64,000 bases of DNA from Octopus vulgaris (lineage: Eukaryota): assembly GCA_951406725.2 (NCBI GenBank), contig OX597830.1, positions 12,586,001-12,650,000 on the forward strand. The letters run 5' to 3'. Both the position numbers and the translations under genes were made by a program. The notes below the pieces were generated by a model that saw only the letters and a program-made list of their open reading frames with translations, made no database searches and was not told where the DNA came from. Below are positions 13,642 to 26,723 of the stretch, piece after piece (position 1 is the stretch's first letter; each line of letters starts with the position of its first letter).

Positions 13642-14472
13642 CTCACTGGCGTTCCCGATATTTACAGTTTCTCCCACTTCAGCCACGTGACCGATTATCC
13701 CTTTTCCCCACTGAACTGTAATACTAGCATCGGTTGTAACTGATGGCATCAGGGTAGTACCAGAATGGACATCGAAGATTTTGGACACCAAAACAGGTTT
13801 CTCTTTTATTGATTTATCAACCAAAAACAGTGATCCTTTATCACCATCTACAAGGATGCTAATGTTGGCCACAATTTTCGCACTCAAACTGGCAAGGTTC
13901 AAATCATTCGAGATATCTTTTACTATTTCTAAAAAGAAATCTTTTTCATCCAAATGGAACATTTCCCGTTTCATGTCAATGTCCTTGCTGGGGTAGCGTG
14001 GAATCCGGATCTTTGACTCAATGAGCATGCTAAGCATATTTAAGGAGGTCGGCGGTAAAGAACGAAACTGGCGCATCTCCTTTAAACTGCTCCGCCTGGC
14101 CTCAGTATTTGAATCAAAAGTATATGTCGATGGGCAATATGTACGGAATATATTGCGTAATTTTGACTTTGCAAAATCTTGACGTAAATGTTTCTTAGAA
14201 TTAGATCTATGGTGCTTGGATTCTGAGAAGAAAGCTTGTTCATTGTTACACTTTAAGTCGTTAGGAGATGTGGGTGTCAGACTTTCTTGACCAGAGGATC
14301 CCTTTCTTTTGATTATAAATTCTTGAAGCGATTGGAAGCCATGGAGAACCAACCATTTGTTTATTAGAGTTATGTCAGCTTTCCGAAGAAAATAATCACA
14401 GGCACACTCAGGATTGGCATCCAGCCAGCTTTCAATTTTGCTCGCATTCAATGTAGGATGTAGCCGGTTCAT
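13642..14472 (-). CDS. PDE11A: First coding exon (277 codons) of a PDE11A-like dual cAMP/cGMP phosphodiesterase (N-terminus plus start of GAF-A)
   Basis: Translation has WLDANPECACDYFLRKAD, SLPPTSLNMLSMLIESKIRIPRYP and FFLEIVKDISNDLNLASLS...GSLFLV...LVSKIFDVHSGT...WGKGIIGHVAEVGETVNI, matching the PDE11A GAF-A as I recall it. Donor GAG|GTAAGT at 13642/13641 (phase 0). Acceptor ttttattttatccAG| at 14510/14509. In-frame TAA upstream of the ATG at 14472. The ORF-track tail 13546-13641 is intron read-through. Confidence 0.9.
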
Positions 14473-14509
14473 GATTGGTTTCGGATGATATCGTTATAAC
14501 TTTATTGCC
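14473..14509 (-). other. 5' UTR part of the PDE11A-like exon; implies an upstream non-coding exon that was not located
   Basis: Polypyrimidine tract and AG acceptor 37 nt before the ATG, with an in-frame stop in between. Confidence 0.7.
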
Positions 14510-15334
14510 CTGGATAAAATAAAATAAAAAAGAGACGCGTTATAATAACACATTGCAGATTACATAATAAAAAAAGTTTCTTTTAAAGATTCTAACAAGA
14601 TTACTTTCAGTCAGTATCATAAACAGTTGTTAGCATTAATTAGAAACCACTCATTAAATGAAAACATCATTATATTAAATTATCATTAACTGATAAATAA
14701 TGTGGAAAACAATCAGAAACTTTAATAAAAAGTGATGCCATTAATCAATAGTATGTTTTAGCTAGAACAAAATCAATGAATTAACTCCAATATATTATAA
14801 GCGATAATTATATCGACTCAGATGTCAAGTTTTCTCAAGATCGATAACCCACAGAGTTCCGAAAATTTTAAATCCAGCCCTAAACTGACAGCCCATATCT
14901 TTTTCATTTAAATGCATAATGTAAGCCATAATTTTGGTAATCCTTCTGTTAAGGTAGCCTTGTGGAATTTTGTAAATATATTTGATAATAATTCTATCTA
15001 TTGATAATTCAAATTTCATTTTAAATCATGTTAATATAAATACCGCAGCCAAGTTTACTGCAGTCTAATAATAACCATAAATTTAGATAACCTCTTATTA
15101 CTACTTTGCATTTGTCTGACGGTGATCTGGAAAACTCATTAACAATGTCGAGACAGTATATTTCAGTATTTCTTTCGGCTCTTTACTGTGTCCTTACTTC
15201 CGTTGAGGCTAATTTTGTTATTCATTCCTCCGGGGTCGTTAAAATAAAGTAATAGTCAAGTATTTGTCATTTTGATTGGTTTGCCCTTCCCCTCAAAAAT
15301 TAGATCATTTATCATTAATAATTACTCAAATTAA

Positions 15335-15546
15335 GGTGGCGAGCTGGCAGAATCGTTAGCAGTCTGAACAAAGTGTTTAGCGACATTTCGTCTATCTTTA
15401 CGTACTGAGTTCAAATTCCACCGAGGTTGACTTTGCCTTTCATCCTTTCGGGGTTTATAAAATAAGTACCAGTTGAAAACATGGGTCATTATAATCGAAT
15501 TAACCTCTCCCACAAAACTGTTGGCCTTGAACCAAAATTTGAAACC
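15335..15546 (+). mobile_element. tRNA-derived SINE, family A
   Basis: ggcgagctggcagaatcgttagc...gagttcaaattcc...gactttgcctttcatcctttcgggg; many copies in the window. Confidence 0.85.
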
Positions 15547-15729
15547 CAATAATTACCAAACTTAATTGCAATGTTGAATTGTCTTGATTCTGTTCTTTGA
15601 GATCGTATCGTTGACATTTGTTATGATTCCAGATTTTTTCATCACTGATTTTTTTTTCTCAAACTTTCTGGATGCACTAGGAAATTTGTTAACTAATTCA
15701 CCCAATTCATTGTTACTTCTTGAAAGTTC

Positions 15730-16090
15730 ACCAATTTCGTCAGATGCAACGATACAGAGGAACGTGCAGGGACTGGAAATGAGATGCTATCGTAACATGT
15801 TAAGCTTCACGTAATTGGACAACATCACAGTTGAGTATGTTTATGAACCCATAGAGTATGACATTAGCCCTCATGTAGACTGAAAGAAAGCTGAAATGCT
15901 ACGGCTGTGTAGCAAGACCCAGTCACATTGCAACCAGTATTCAAGGAAATGTAAAGAAAGACGGATAAAGGCAGTCATGATCGGATACCGTCAAGCGATG
16001 GACAAGAATATCATTGTGGAGACCCGAACTCTAACACGCAGTGTGAGAGATGGAGAAAGCTGGAGTACAGCATGTCACAACGGCACCAAA
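15730..16090 (+). mobile_element. Highly decayed RTE LINE 3' fragment
   Basis: IQRNVQGLEMRCYRNMLSFT. Confidence 0.5.
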
Positions 16091-16139
16091 ACGAAGTCAT
16101 TCCAAGCCAAATCTAGCCGAGCCAGTGTACATGTATGTT

Positions 16140-16169
<30 letters not shown>

Positions 16170-16176
<7 letters not shown>

Positions 16177-16312
16177 ATCACGTGACCGACCAGACCATCA
16201 GATGTTGTTACACATCGCTGGTCACAATGCGTTCGCATTGTTTTAGCCTTCGAATGACCTGGCTAAGCGAGTAGGCCAACAGAAGAAAGAGTGGTGAAAG
16301 AGTACAGCAAGG
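16170..16312 (-). mobile_element. SINE 3' fragment (tail Y)
   Basis: Reverse complement of 19750-19918. Confidence 0.75.
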
Positions 16313-16344
16313 ATATATTATATGTATATTATATTGCACATATA

Positions 16345-16745
16345 ATGGCTCAGAAACCTGGACATTAACAAAGAAGCTTGAGAGGCAGTTGGATGGAACC
16401 TACACTCGCCTCCTTATGAGAGCTCAAAATCTCTCGTGGAAGCGTCATCCAACCAAAATGCAAGTATATGGGAAACTACCACCTGTGTCATCTCTTGTGA
16501 AAGGTAGGAGAGTCCAGTTTGCTGGACATTGATGTAGAGCTGAAAACTAGGCAATTTCTACTCTTCTCCTCTGGAAGCCATCTACTCGCGATACCAGAGG
16601 GCGCACACTCTCCTACCCTGATGTAATCTCCAGGGATACAGGCATCCAGCAACAGGACCTCCGTAATGCTATGATGGACAGTGAAGTCTGTCGTAGCATG
16701 GTAAATTCCATTGTCTCGACCACGGTCGAACAATGATGATGAATG
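16345..16745 (+). mobile_element. RTE/RTEX LINE 3' end
   Basis: GSETWTLTKKLERQLDGTYTRLLMRAQNLSWKRH...RRVQFAGH; (ATG)n tail. Confidence 0.8.
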
Positions 16746-17235
16746 ATATTGCACATGGTGGTCTTACTGGAAGCTGCTTATTGTGTGGTAGAGACAGAGA
16801 ACGAAAGAGAGTTGCTGCTCAAAGGGAGGGAATCGCTTCTAAGTATATTTTTCTTCCGTCTTCTGTGGAGATTTTTTTTCTCAAAGAGTGAAGAGGGAAA
16901 AGAGCATATATACAATTACATATTATTACTTATTATTATATTATATTGATATTCTTCCATTGATAGAAAGCCACAGAATCGAAGAGGGAGAGGATAATCG
17001 ATTGAACCGACTCCCCGATGATCTCAGTATGTTAATCCTGACAGCTAACTCCAGATGGATTTAACAGACAGCGCTATGCTGTTCCCATCATCCCACAACA
17101 TTGATACTGAGATTATAAAATGACGATTGTTGTTAGAGAAGTAAGTTAGCGGAACTAGTATTTGAATGTTTTAACTTCATACTTTTACTGCATGTCTTTC
17201 ATCACTCCAGTGTCGATAAAAATATAATCAGTCTG

Positions 17236-17323
17236 TCGAATTTGAACTCAGAACACAAAGACAGATGGAATGCTGCTAAGCGTGTTGTCCAGCATGCTAA
17301 CGACTCTGCTAGTTCACCGCCTT
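17236..17323 (-). mobile_element. SINE family A, 5' fragment
   Basis: Reverse complement of the family A head. Confidence 0.7.
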
Positions 17324-17344
17324 CATAACCAGTAAAACATTGTT

Positions 17345-17760
17345 TCAAATTTTGGTACAAAGCCAGAAAACTTGGGGTAATGGTATGTCAGCGGCGAGCT
17401 GGCAGAAACGTTAGCACGCCGGGCGAAATGCTTAGCGGTATTTCGTCTGCGTTACGTTGTGAGTTCAAATTCCGCCGAGGTCGACTTTGCCTTTCATCCT
17501 TTCGGGGTTGATAAATTAAGTACCAGTTACGCACTGGGGTCGATGTAATCGACTTAATACCTATGTCTGTCCTTGTTTGTCCCCTCTGTGTTTAGTCCCT
17601 TGTGGGTAATAAAGAAATAGGTATGTCAATGACTTCGACCCCGGTATTCAGCTGATACTTATTTTAACGACACCGAAAGAAATGAAGGTAAAGTCTACCT
17701 CGGCGGGATTTGAACTCCCAATGAAAAGACGGACACCATGCCGCTAAGCATTTTGTCCAC
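17345..17760 (-). mobile_element. Older SINE family A copy, interrupted by a younger copy
   Basis: 17345-17390 and 17629-17760 join into one antisense SINE. Confidence 0.7.
17391..17619 (+). mobile_element. Young SINE family A copy with 9-bp TSD
   Basis: GGTATGTCA at 17382-17390 and 17620-17628. Confidence 0.9.
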
Positions 17761-18589
17761 CACTTTGTAACCAGTAATATGAATTCAAGTGACCTAAATA
17801 TTTATACCTGGACTTGTGCCTACGAATGAAATCAATATATCGATATATCGATATGTTGAGGCAATATTTTGATGTTTTTTCAAACCAAAAAATATTGATT
17901 ATCAGAAATAATATTCACAAATTCGATTCGGAAGAGCAGAGTAAACACTTCATAATGAAAGGGCGGCTTCCTTGTATGAATCTCAGCTTTGAACATTTTT
18001 CTTATTTTATTTATTCATTTATTTATTTATAAATTTATTTATTTATTTATTTATTGTTACAATGTGCTTGAACATGTTTTTAGCAATTTAAAATATTTGA
18101 ATTATATACACAATCGTTAATTTTCTTCAAACAATTTAAGAATTATTTTCTGGTCTTTATATGTGTTTCTATCTGAAACCGTTTTTGAACGAAATGAATA
18201 GAGGCTATCACCAAGACAGAAAGGAAATATCGTGTATGGGCTGAATGCCTAAAAGCGGCATTCGTTAGACTTAAGTGACTGAAACCATACCGAAAGAAGG
18301 TTTAATGGTAGTTTACGGTTCCACATATCCATCTCACATAAACTGACAAAATAAAGGGGGAGATAAATTCAGCTCATTTCTAATGTAAACAAAAATAGCA
18401 TTACAGATTCACTAATAAACATGAATACTATTCTGATTAATTGTTGCGTTTAATATCTGATATATTACAAATCTGAGAGTCATACACGTTACAAATAGTT
18501 TCTACTGGTGTCGGTTTGTTGAAGCTCTTCCTATAAAATTAAGCGTTAGTGACAGAAAAGAATGCATCTACATGTGTGTGTGTGTGTGT

Positions 18590-18631
<42 letters not shown>

Positions 18632-18634
18632 ACA

Positions 18635-19522
18635 TACGCGAGTTGGACGCAGTATACAGGTGGACTGATGATAACAACATGCAGTTTAATGCAGGAAAAT
18701 TCCAGGCCCTTCGCTACCATCTCACAAAGCTAAACGACGTACAGACAGGATACACTGGCCCGGGAGGAATTGAAGTCCCTGAATCAAAATCAGTGTGTGA
18801 CCTGGGCATTGACATGAGCAATGATGCATCTTTTCACGTGCATATTACCAATTTGGTAATAAAATGTAGACGGCTGGCTGGATGGATCCTCTGAACTTTC
18901 AAAACAAGAGAAAAGGAGACATTGATGATCCTTTGGAGGACATCAGCCTCTTGGACTACTGCACCTAACTATGGTCACCACAGAATAGTTCACGGTGGAA
19001 CTCGAAGCTACACTAAGGAAATCGTCTTGATGCAACGTATCAGCTACAAGGAAGGACTGAAATAATTAAAACTCTTCTCCCTGGAACGAAGGCGGGAAAG
19101 ATATGCAGTGATATACATATGGAAAATCCTAGAAGGCCTTGTACCAAACTTTGGCATTGAAAGTCACTCAAACTGTAGAACGGGGCGCCACTGCATAGTG
19201 CCAAAAATCCTAGCATCGCCATCAAAATACAGGACCAAATATTGCAACAGCTTGGCCTTCAAGGGCTCACAGCGCTTCAGTATCCTTCCCAAATGCCTGA
19301 GAGATCTGCATGATGTGGATGTCAATGTCCTTAAAACAAAACTGGATCTCTTCCTGTTGCGGGTTCCAGACGAGCCTACTTCTCGGCAGGAAACACTGAT
19401 GAGGGCAGCGGCATCAAACGCCTTCATTAACCAAATGCTACATAACAGAGGAGGTTTCAAATAACGGTGTAGCACAGTCAACGGTGGTGCCCCAGCATGA
19501 CCGCAGCTTTGTGACTGAAAAT
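18635..19522 (+). mobile_element. CR1-group LINE 3' fragment
   Basis: WTDDNNMQFNAGKFQALRY, DLGIDMSNDASF, SLERRRERYAVIYIWKIL; 3' UTR ggtgccccagcatgaccgcagc...ctgaaa. Confidence 0.85.
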
Positions 19523-19546
19523 TTTTTAAGAATTAAATACTATATA

Positions 19547-19607
<61 letters not shown>

Positions 19608-19609
<2 letters not shown>

Positions 19610-19918
19610 AGACACAATAGCCCAATGGTTAGAGTAGCGGACTCACGGTCGTAGGATCGCGGTTTCGATTCCCAGACCGGGCGTTGGGAGTGTTTATTGA
19701 GCGAAAACACCTAAAGTTCCACAAGGCTCCGACAGTGAGTGGTGGCGATCCCTGCTGTACTCTTTGGCCACAACTTTCTCTCTCTCTTTCTTCTGTTGGC
19801 CTGCTCGCTTAGCCAGCGGGGTGGCATCATTTGAAGGCTAAAACAATGCGGAGCGCATTGTGACCAGCGATGTGTAGCAACATCTGATAGCCTGGTCGGT
19901 CACAGTGATCACAGTGAT
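19608..19918 (+). mobile_element. tRNA-derived SINE (head B plus tail Y)
   Basis: A box TAGCCCAATGG, B box GTTTCGATTC; head shared with 56775. Confidence 0.85.
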
Positions 19919-19941
19919 ATATAAATATATATATATATATA

Positions 19942-20759
19942 CTTGCAGTATTGCCCGGCTCGTGCGCTCGTGCGTTCTATGCACGCACAAATTAAGCTAA
20001 ACTTGGATGAAGTTCAATCAAAATTCAACTATTTTGGTTTTAAAATCAAGCATTTAATGCCCTCTATTTTTGCGCTTATGTGTTCCATTTCCTCAATAGG
20101 AAGTACGTAGAAGCGTTTCATAAATTTTTGTTGATCAAATCATTGCATTGTTGGATTATTCTTTTAGATCAGTATTTCTCAACGGGGATTTCAGGGGAGA
20201 GTTTCAGGAAGTCGCTGGCGATGTATCGTGAGGATCAAAAATCCGGCCTGCTAAAATTTGGTTAAAGTGATTCAAACTGCAGACTCAACGCAAAATGGTC
20301 ACATTTAATTCAAAGCGTTAAAAATGTTATGAAAACAATTGGCATGTGTTCACAAAGTCCAAACGATTAATACGAAAAACCCTCCAGGCTACATCCCGAA
20401 AGTTCATTTTTTTGCCGAATTTCTACAATGTTTACGGCGATTCGTTTTTATATCTTGATTTTTTATTTTTCATGCAATTTACGTATGCTTGCACGCGTGG
20501 TGAACACAGTTCACGTCAAACAGCTGACTGAGTAAAGTTCACTATTCAATGCATGGGATAAGGCCTAAACAAACACATTATCGATTTTTGCACTTGCGAG
20601 ATGAATTTCGGAACAGAAATAGCGCAGTTCAATTTTCATTCGCCTAAACTTTAAGTGACCCAATTATGGTGGTTCTACGATTTGTTGGCTAGGAGGAGAT
20701 GTGCCGGGAAGTTAAACACACAGACATACATACAGATACACACACAGACACACAAGTTG

Positions 20760-20770
<11 letters not shown>
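19942..20770 (-). mobile_element. Probable non-autonomous Helitron-like element
   Basis: Degenerate CTAG end with a GC-rich hairpin-like stretch at 19942-19990; the other end has acagac repeats plus ttatatat, like the other Helitrons here. Confidence 0.45.
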
Positions 20771-20834
<64 letters not shown>

Positions 20835-22039
20835 ATATACAGCGCACAAATGTTCTAAAAGTTGTTTACTTTGATTAAATTTGGACTTTATATCTGGAAA
20901 ATGGAAGTAAGACGTTAATGTATCTGCTGTGTTCTATTTATTAAAATAGATTCAACAAACATATTTTCGAAAGAATGTAAAATGTGAACACAATCTACAA
21001 ACTTTATTTTTTTATTATTATTATTTTGTTTTTCATTTACTCACTTAAAATAGCTAAAATCATATTTTACATATTTTACTGACAGATCTCATATTTTTAT
21101 ATTTACTTTGAAATACAGCAGCAAACGCGAGCAATGCATGAATGTACATACTAGGCATAATGGATAGGATAGAGGTCGCAAGGCTTCTGAGAAGTTGGAT
21201 ATTCACAATGAATTGTACAGATCGAAGTAAACCGAAACGAAACTCCTCAAACCCAATCAAATTACGGACGCTCATCGAGAAAACAAACCTACAAAATGAA
21301 TGTATTTTATGTAATAACTAATTAACTCAATATAAATGGAAGAGTTTTACTGTGTATATTATGGAATACAGCACAAATTGAGAACTTCTATCGCCTGTAA
21401 TGCACGGAGGGTATCAACCAACGATGGAACTCTAAACGTTTAGTTTGCCATCAAATTTTCATCAAAGTGCATCCTAGCACCATAAAATAGAACAAGCAGT
21501 CCTTCATACAGCATACTAGAACAAAAATGGGATGGTCACGTCTGAAACGCCGGTGAAATGTTACTCGGGAGCATAAAGAGATTTTGCTCGATTATCAGAA
21601 TACGATTGCCACAAAATATGCTGGATTTATTATACATCAACAGTATCAGATCGTGTCTGCTTTTCTATCGATTAATCCGTCGAGATTAAGCAATTCGTCT
21701 ACTAATATCGGACAAATAATTTAATTCAAACTCTTTGCTTTCATAATATTTCCGTGGTGTTTTCGCCACAGCTTCTACAAAACTTAATAGAACGTCTATA
21801 GAACACTGTTATCTGAAGGACTATAATATAGACAGAACTGTCAACAGTTGTCTAAAATGCTTGGTATATTCTCGACGTTGGGCATTATATCAAACTATGA
21901 ACTAATCAACGCATGTCTGTCGTTTATAGTGGTATTGACATTCAGTTATTGTCGATTATGACTAGATGTAAACCAGCAGCTATGTCGAACCACCTAATTA
22001 ACATTGTTGCGTGTGCTTATTGTAACCATTTGTACTATA

Positions 22040-22404
22040 CTAGCACTATGACCCGGAGTTGCCGGGTCATAATGCTAGTGCATGCATATACAGCTGCATG
22101 CATGTGTACATACACGCGAGTACTGTCCAAATCTCTGACTAATCACATACAGCTAGCTGGCATTCAATTGGCGTATCAAATTTCGGGCATTTTGATTGGG
22201 TTTTGGATAGAAAATTCACAAAAAAGTCACTTCTATTGATTTTTTTAATGGCTTTGCGGGGTGACCGGGGAAATGTAAAGATGTGCACGACCACCCTTGG
22301 ACGGTTTTGAATGGCCATAGAATGTGCGAGCTCTCTAACTGATAAAGTGTGGATTTGTATAAAGGACACACACGCAGACATTTTGCCATTTATATAGAGA
22401 GAGA
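22040..22404 (-). mobile_element. Non-autonomous Helitron
   Basis: A|TC...CTAG|T ends; terminal hairpin ctagcactatgacccgg/ccgggtcataatgctag. Confidence 0.85.
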
Positions 22405-22544
22405 TTCTGGAATTTGCCCTATGTATAATATTAGGATGAAACCCGAATAGGAGAATGAGTGGTACGTCATATAATTTTTTTTGTAAAAACCCTGGAAATT
22501 TTTAATTACATCTATTCAGACTGGAATCTCTCGAGAATAATATG

Positions 22545-22715
22545 TCAGTGCATGATTAGGTAGTTCAGAAGTATCCTTTGCAACCACATAGTTTCGGTTT
22601 CAATCTCAATGTGTTGCACTTTCGGAAAATATCCTCTATCATAAACCTCTCTATTTGACGAATAACTTGTAAGTGGAATTTGGTAGACACAATCTGTTTT
22701 GAATCCGAGCTTATA
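22545..22715 (+). mobile_element. Decayed SINE family B 5' part
   Basis: caaccacatagtttcggtttcaatc...gtggaatttggtagac, similar to 61360 onward. Confidence 0.55.
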
Positions 22716-22774
22716 AAAACATATACAAACATGCATCTGTGCATGTATACACATACGTACTTACATACCTACTT

Positions 22775-23812
22775 TAATGCATGCATGCATGCATACATGC
22801 ATACATACATACATAAATACATACATACATACATAAATACATACATACATACATAAATACATACATACATACTTAAATACATACATACATAAATAAATAC
22901 ATACATATATATACATACATACATACATCAATGTATGTGTATATTTTTACATTTTTCGGTGAGAAATCTGTGCTCTTTGAACAAAGTCCACCGAGATCAA
23001 GACACTTAAGGAATAAGACGCACAGAATATGCATATTTCATTTCTTTTTCCTAAATTATTACGAAGATCTTAAAATTTCTAGTCTAGGTAATCGTGTACA
23101 GCATCATTCCATTGTCTTTGCAAAACATTATGACATAAAGTGAGGTATATCAGTCATCAACAATGTATGTAAGTATGCATGTATCTATGTATGCATGTAT
23201 GTATTTATGTATTTATGCATGTATGCATGCATATATGCATATATGCATGTATGCATGCATGCGTGCATGCATGTATGTATGCATGCTTGTATGCATGTAT
23301 GTAAGCATGCATGTACGTATATATGTATTTATCTATGTATGCATGTATTTATGCATGCATGCATGCATGCATGTATGTATGCATGTATCTATGTATGTAT
23401 GTATGTATGTATGTATGTATGCATGCATGTATGTATGTATCTATGTATGTATGCATGTATGCATGTATGTATGCATGTATTATGTATGTATGTATGTATG
23501 TATGAATGTATCTATGTATGTATGTATGTATGCATGTATGTATGCATGTATTATGTATGTATGTATGAATGTATCTATGTATGCATGTATCTATGCATGT
23601 ATCTATGCATGTATCTATGCATGTATCTATGCATGTATGTATGTATGTATGCATGTATGTATGCATGTATTATGTATCTATGCATGTATGTATGTATGTA
23701 TGCATGTATTATGTATCTATGCATGTATGTATGCATGTATTATGTATGTATGCATGTATTATGTATCTATGCATGTATGTATGTATGTCAGTATGCATGT
23801 CTCTATCTAGCT
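22775..23812. repeat. (ATAC)n and (ATGT/ATGC)n compound microsatellites
   Basis: Direct inspection; arrays at 22775-22930 and 23163-23812 are in opposite orientation. Confidence 0.95.
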
Positions 23813-23833
23813 AGCTAGCTATTTATCTATCTA

Positions 23834-24707
23834 CAGGATGTTCGGGCTGAATTGGACGATTTTATGTCTTCTATGAGGAACAGCTTGATGTATTGGTGAA
23901 CCGTCAACAGCATTAGAGAGCATAGAGATAGAAGTTGCAGTGGAGAAAAGTTAGCAAATGTGGCGGACTGGAGGGCATCTGAATATCAGAAATGGGTTAC
24001 ATGTATCTTAATGTTTTGCACCGGGTATCAAAATGCCGATATCATGACTGCTGCTCACCGCTCAATGAACCCTTTATAGACTATAAGAAGTAACATAGAC
24101 AAACGCAACTGAAGCTACAAAGCCGTGGCCAGCTAGAAAGGACACACCATGTGTTCTGACGTCATGTTGCTCCACATCTTTGAACAGAGATTTAGGCTTA
24201 ATTCAGAAGACTATTGGAAACTGCTGGAGACTGTGGTCCACCCCTGGCTTGATGGGGTCGCTGCTAGACGGATATATATGTGATAGCAGGACTCAGCTCC
24301 TTGGCATACCTCCTAAGAGATTCAGAAGTGTCTGTCGGAGAATTTCTACGACTTCACCAGTCACGATATCTAGCTCCCTATTTCTTACGGTTGTAATTGG
24401 ATTACTATATGTGTGGTGCGGTTGAGAAAGACACCAAGTGAGCTGCTTGCAACACCAAGGCCGAGCTGATGGTCAACATCAAGGAGGTGTTCGAAGATCT
24501 TCCTAGGGACACGGCGAGAAACGCCTGCACCAGGTTCCGGAGCCGATCTGAGATCGCGATGGAAGTTGAGAGCGGGAACTTGGTGTAAATTGTTATCTCC
24601 CAGCCATAATCTAGGTGATACTTTCTGACTTTTTGAAAATTACTTTGCTTTTGGATTAGATACTGTGTTTTCTTTTTCTTTTATACAAATTTGGCCCAAA
24701 CACTCTG
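23834..24707 (+). mobile_element. Internally deleted Tc1/mariner transposon with TIRs
   Basis: TA|caggatgttcgggctgaatt ... aatttggcccaaacactctg|TA; transposase remnants QDSAPWH and LDYYVCG. Confidence 0.8.
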
Positions 24708-24741
24708 TATATATTTACTGATATATATATATATTGATTAA

Positions 24742-24786
<45 letters not shown>

Positions 24787-25430
24787 ATATATAGTGAGTC
24801 GATGCCTAAAATGGCAATAAATTTCTATATTAAATCTAGCTTCAGTTTCACTACTATCATATTAATTGTGTCCATATTCGATAGAACAGTTCTGTTTACA
24901 TTTGCATTTCTACTCGAGTTGTCCAAATACGTTTAGAGCAATGAGTTTCAAACAGTAAAATATTCAAGTTGATTAGTTGAAATATACATAACTGAAATAG
25001 TGAGGACACAACCGAATAATGAGAGGCAATAAGTAAATTTGGAGCATAATACACGTGATTTTTCTTTTTCGCTTTCTGTTTCTGATGTATTCTAACTTTA
25101 AGCAGATTTTATTCTCTCTGAACCAAAGAAACAGAAAAAAGAAAAACGAAATCTATGTTAATAAACTTTATAATCACATCAAAAACAAAACCTATTTTTG
25201 GCATTTCCTTTTTCAAGATATTTGTGTAAGGAAATCAACTGTGAGGTCATTTATCCCAACATACATTGTACTTATATTTCACTGACAGTAAAGGAACCAT
25301 TGAAAATGTTGAACATGGTAAAATCATGTCACTTGCCAAACACATTAACTCTGATACTATAAATATAATACGTTGTGTACCTTTAGAGAAGATTATTAAC
25401 AGTGAGACTTATTTTATCACTATATTTTTT

Positions 25431-25479
<49 letters not shown>

Positions 25480-25494
25480 GACAAAATCAAAAAT

Positions 25495-25586
25495 ATCAAT
25501 ATCTGATTTGTCGTTGGCACACTTCGATCCTGCAACGGAGTTTGTTGTAGCTTCAGACGCTTCTGAGTATAGGATCAGTAATGCTA
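25495..25586 (+). mobile_element. Small Gypsy RT/RNase H fragment
   Basis: SDLSLAHFDPATEFVVASDASEY. Confidence 0.6.
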
Positions 25587-25964
25587 TCTCTATATATATA
25601 AACGGCAAAATGTCTGTCTGTGTGTGTGTGTGTGTGTGTCCTTCATACAAATCCACAATTTTTCAGTTAGAGGGCTCGCACTTTCTATGGTCATTCAAAA
25701 CCGTCCAAGGGTGGTCATGCACATCCTTACATTTCCCCAGTCACCCCGCAAAGCCATTAAAAAATCAATAGAATTGACTTTTTTGTGAATTTTCTATCCA
25801 AAACCCAATCAAAATGCCCGAAACTTGATACGCCAATTGAATGCCAGCTAGCTGTATGTGATTGGTCAGAGATTTGGACAGTACTCGCGTGTATGTGTGC
25901 ACGCACGCAGCTGTATATGCATGCACTAGCACTATGGCCCGGCGTTGCCGGGTTATAGTGCTAG
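25587..25964 (+). mobile_element. Non-autonomous Helitron
   Basis: A|TCTCTATATA...hairpin ctagcactatggcccggc/gccgggttatagtgCTAG|T. Confidence 0.85.
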
Positions 25965-25969
25965 TATAA

Positions 25970-26345
25970 ATATAAAGATGGTAACATGAAGGCAGTGTAT
26001 GAGGAATACCGAATGTCTTGATAAGAAACTCGGACACTTCCATGACTCTGGTGATTTACCTGATTGGCTTGGAGGGATTATTGTCAATCATGGCCTGAAT
26101 CTTACCAACAAATTCAGAAGTTCTTTTTTTATTAGAACGATCAGAGTGAGTTTTCCGAGCTACCGTACCTTCGTAATCACCATTAGACTCATACAACTCT
26201 TTCCGAATGCTCTGCATTGTCTTCAAATTAACACCCAAACACTTTGAAATGTTCGTCTTGGAGCTTCCGGCGCGACTACCAAGCAGTACAACATGTTACC
26301 AAATTTCTGGCAGAGTGAGTTCCGTCATAGTCCGGTTGTTTCTCA
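25970..26345 (-). mobile_element. Tc1/mariner transposase N-terminal fragment
   Basis: KTMQSIRKELYESNGDYEGTVARKTHSDRSNKKRTSEFVGKIQAMIDNNPSK; related piece KHPVNIMVLGVITSD at 26585-26640. Confidence 0.6.
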
Positions 26346-26496
26346 CATGCGGTGAGAAAATATATATATGTATATACCTTTGATTGATTGATTGATTGAA
26401 ATAGTAAGACAAGAAAAGAATGAAAGAGACCTCGATATTATGTAAATAGAGGGATTTATCTGTAAATGTCATATGTGACAATTATTCGGTAGCCAT

Positions 26497-26557
26497 GATA
26501 AAACTCCGAGTTTCGGATGTCGGGGTGGAAATCAACGCCGCCATCTGTTCAGTTATT
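26497..26557 (-). ncRNA. Degenerate hammerhead-like motif
   Basis: rc: ataa-CTGAACA-gatg...catcc-GAAA-ctcggag-TT-ttat; G8C mutation. Confidence 0.45.
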
Positions 26558-26673
26558 CGGCCATCAGAAAAAATGCTATGAAAGCGTCGCTATCACTAGT
26601 GATGACTCCTAACACCATGATGTTGACTGGATGTTTTATCATAGCTACCGAATAATTGTCACATATTACATTT

Positions 26674-26723
<50 letters not shown>

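Noticed and set aside
23163-23818. Long MYVC, YIYI and HTHT ORFs here and at 49471-50054, 51253-51984, 54157-55762 and 57415-57762
   Set aside because: Translations of microsatellites, not genes
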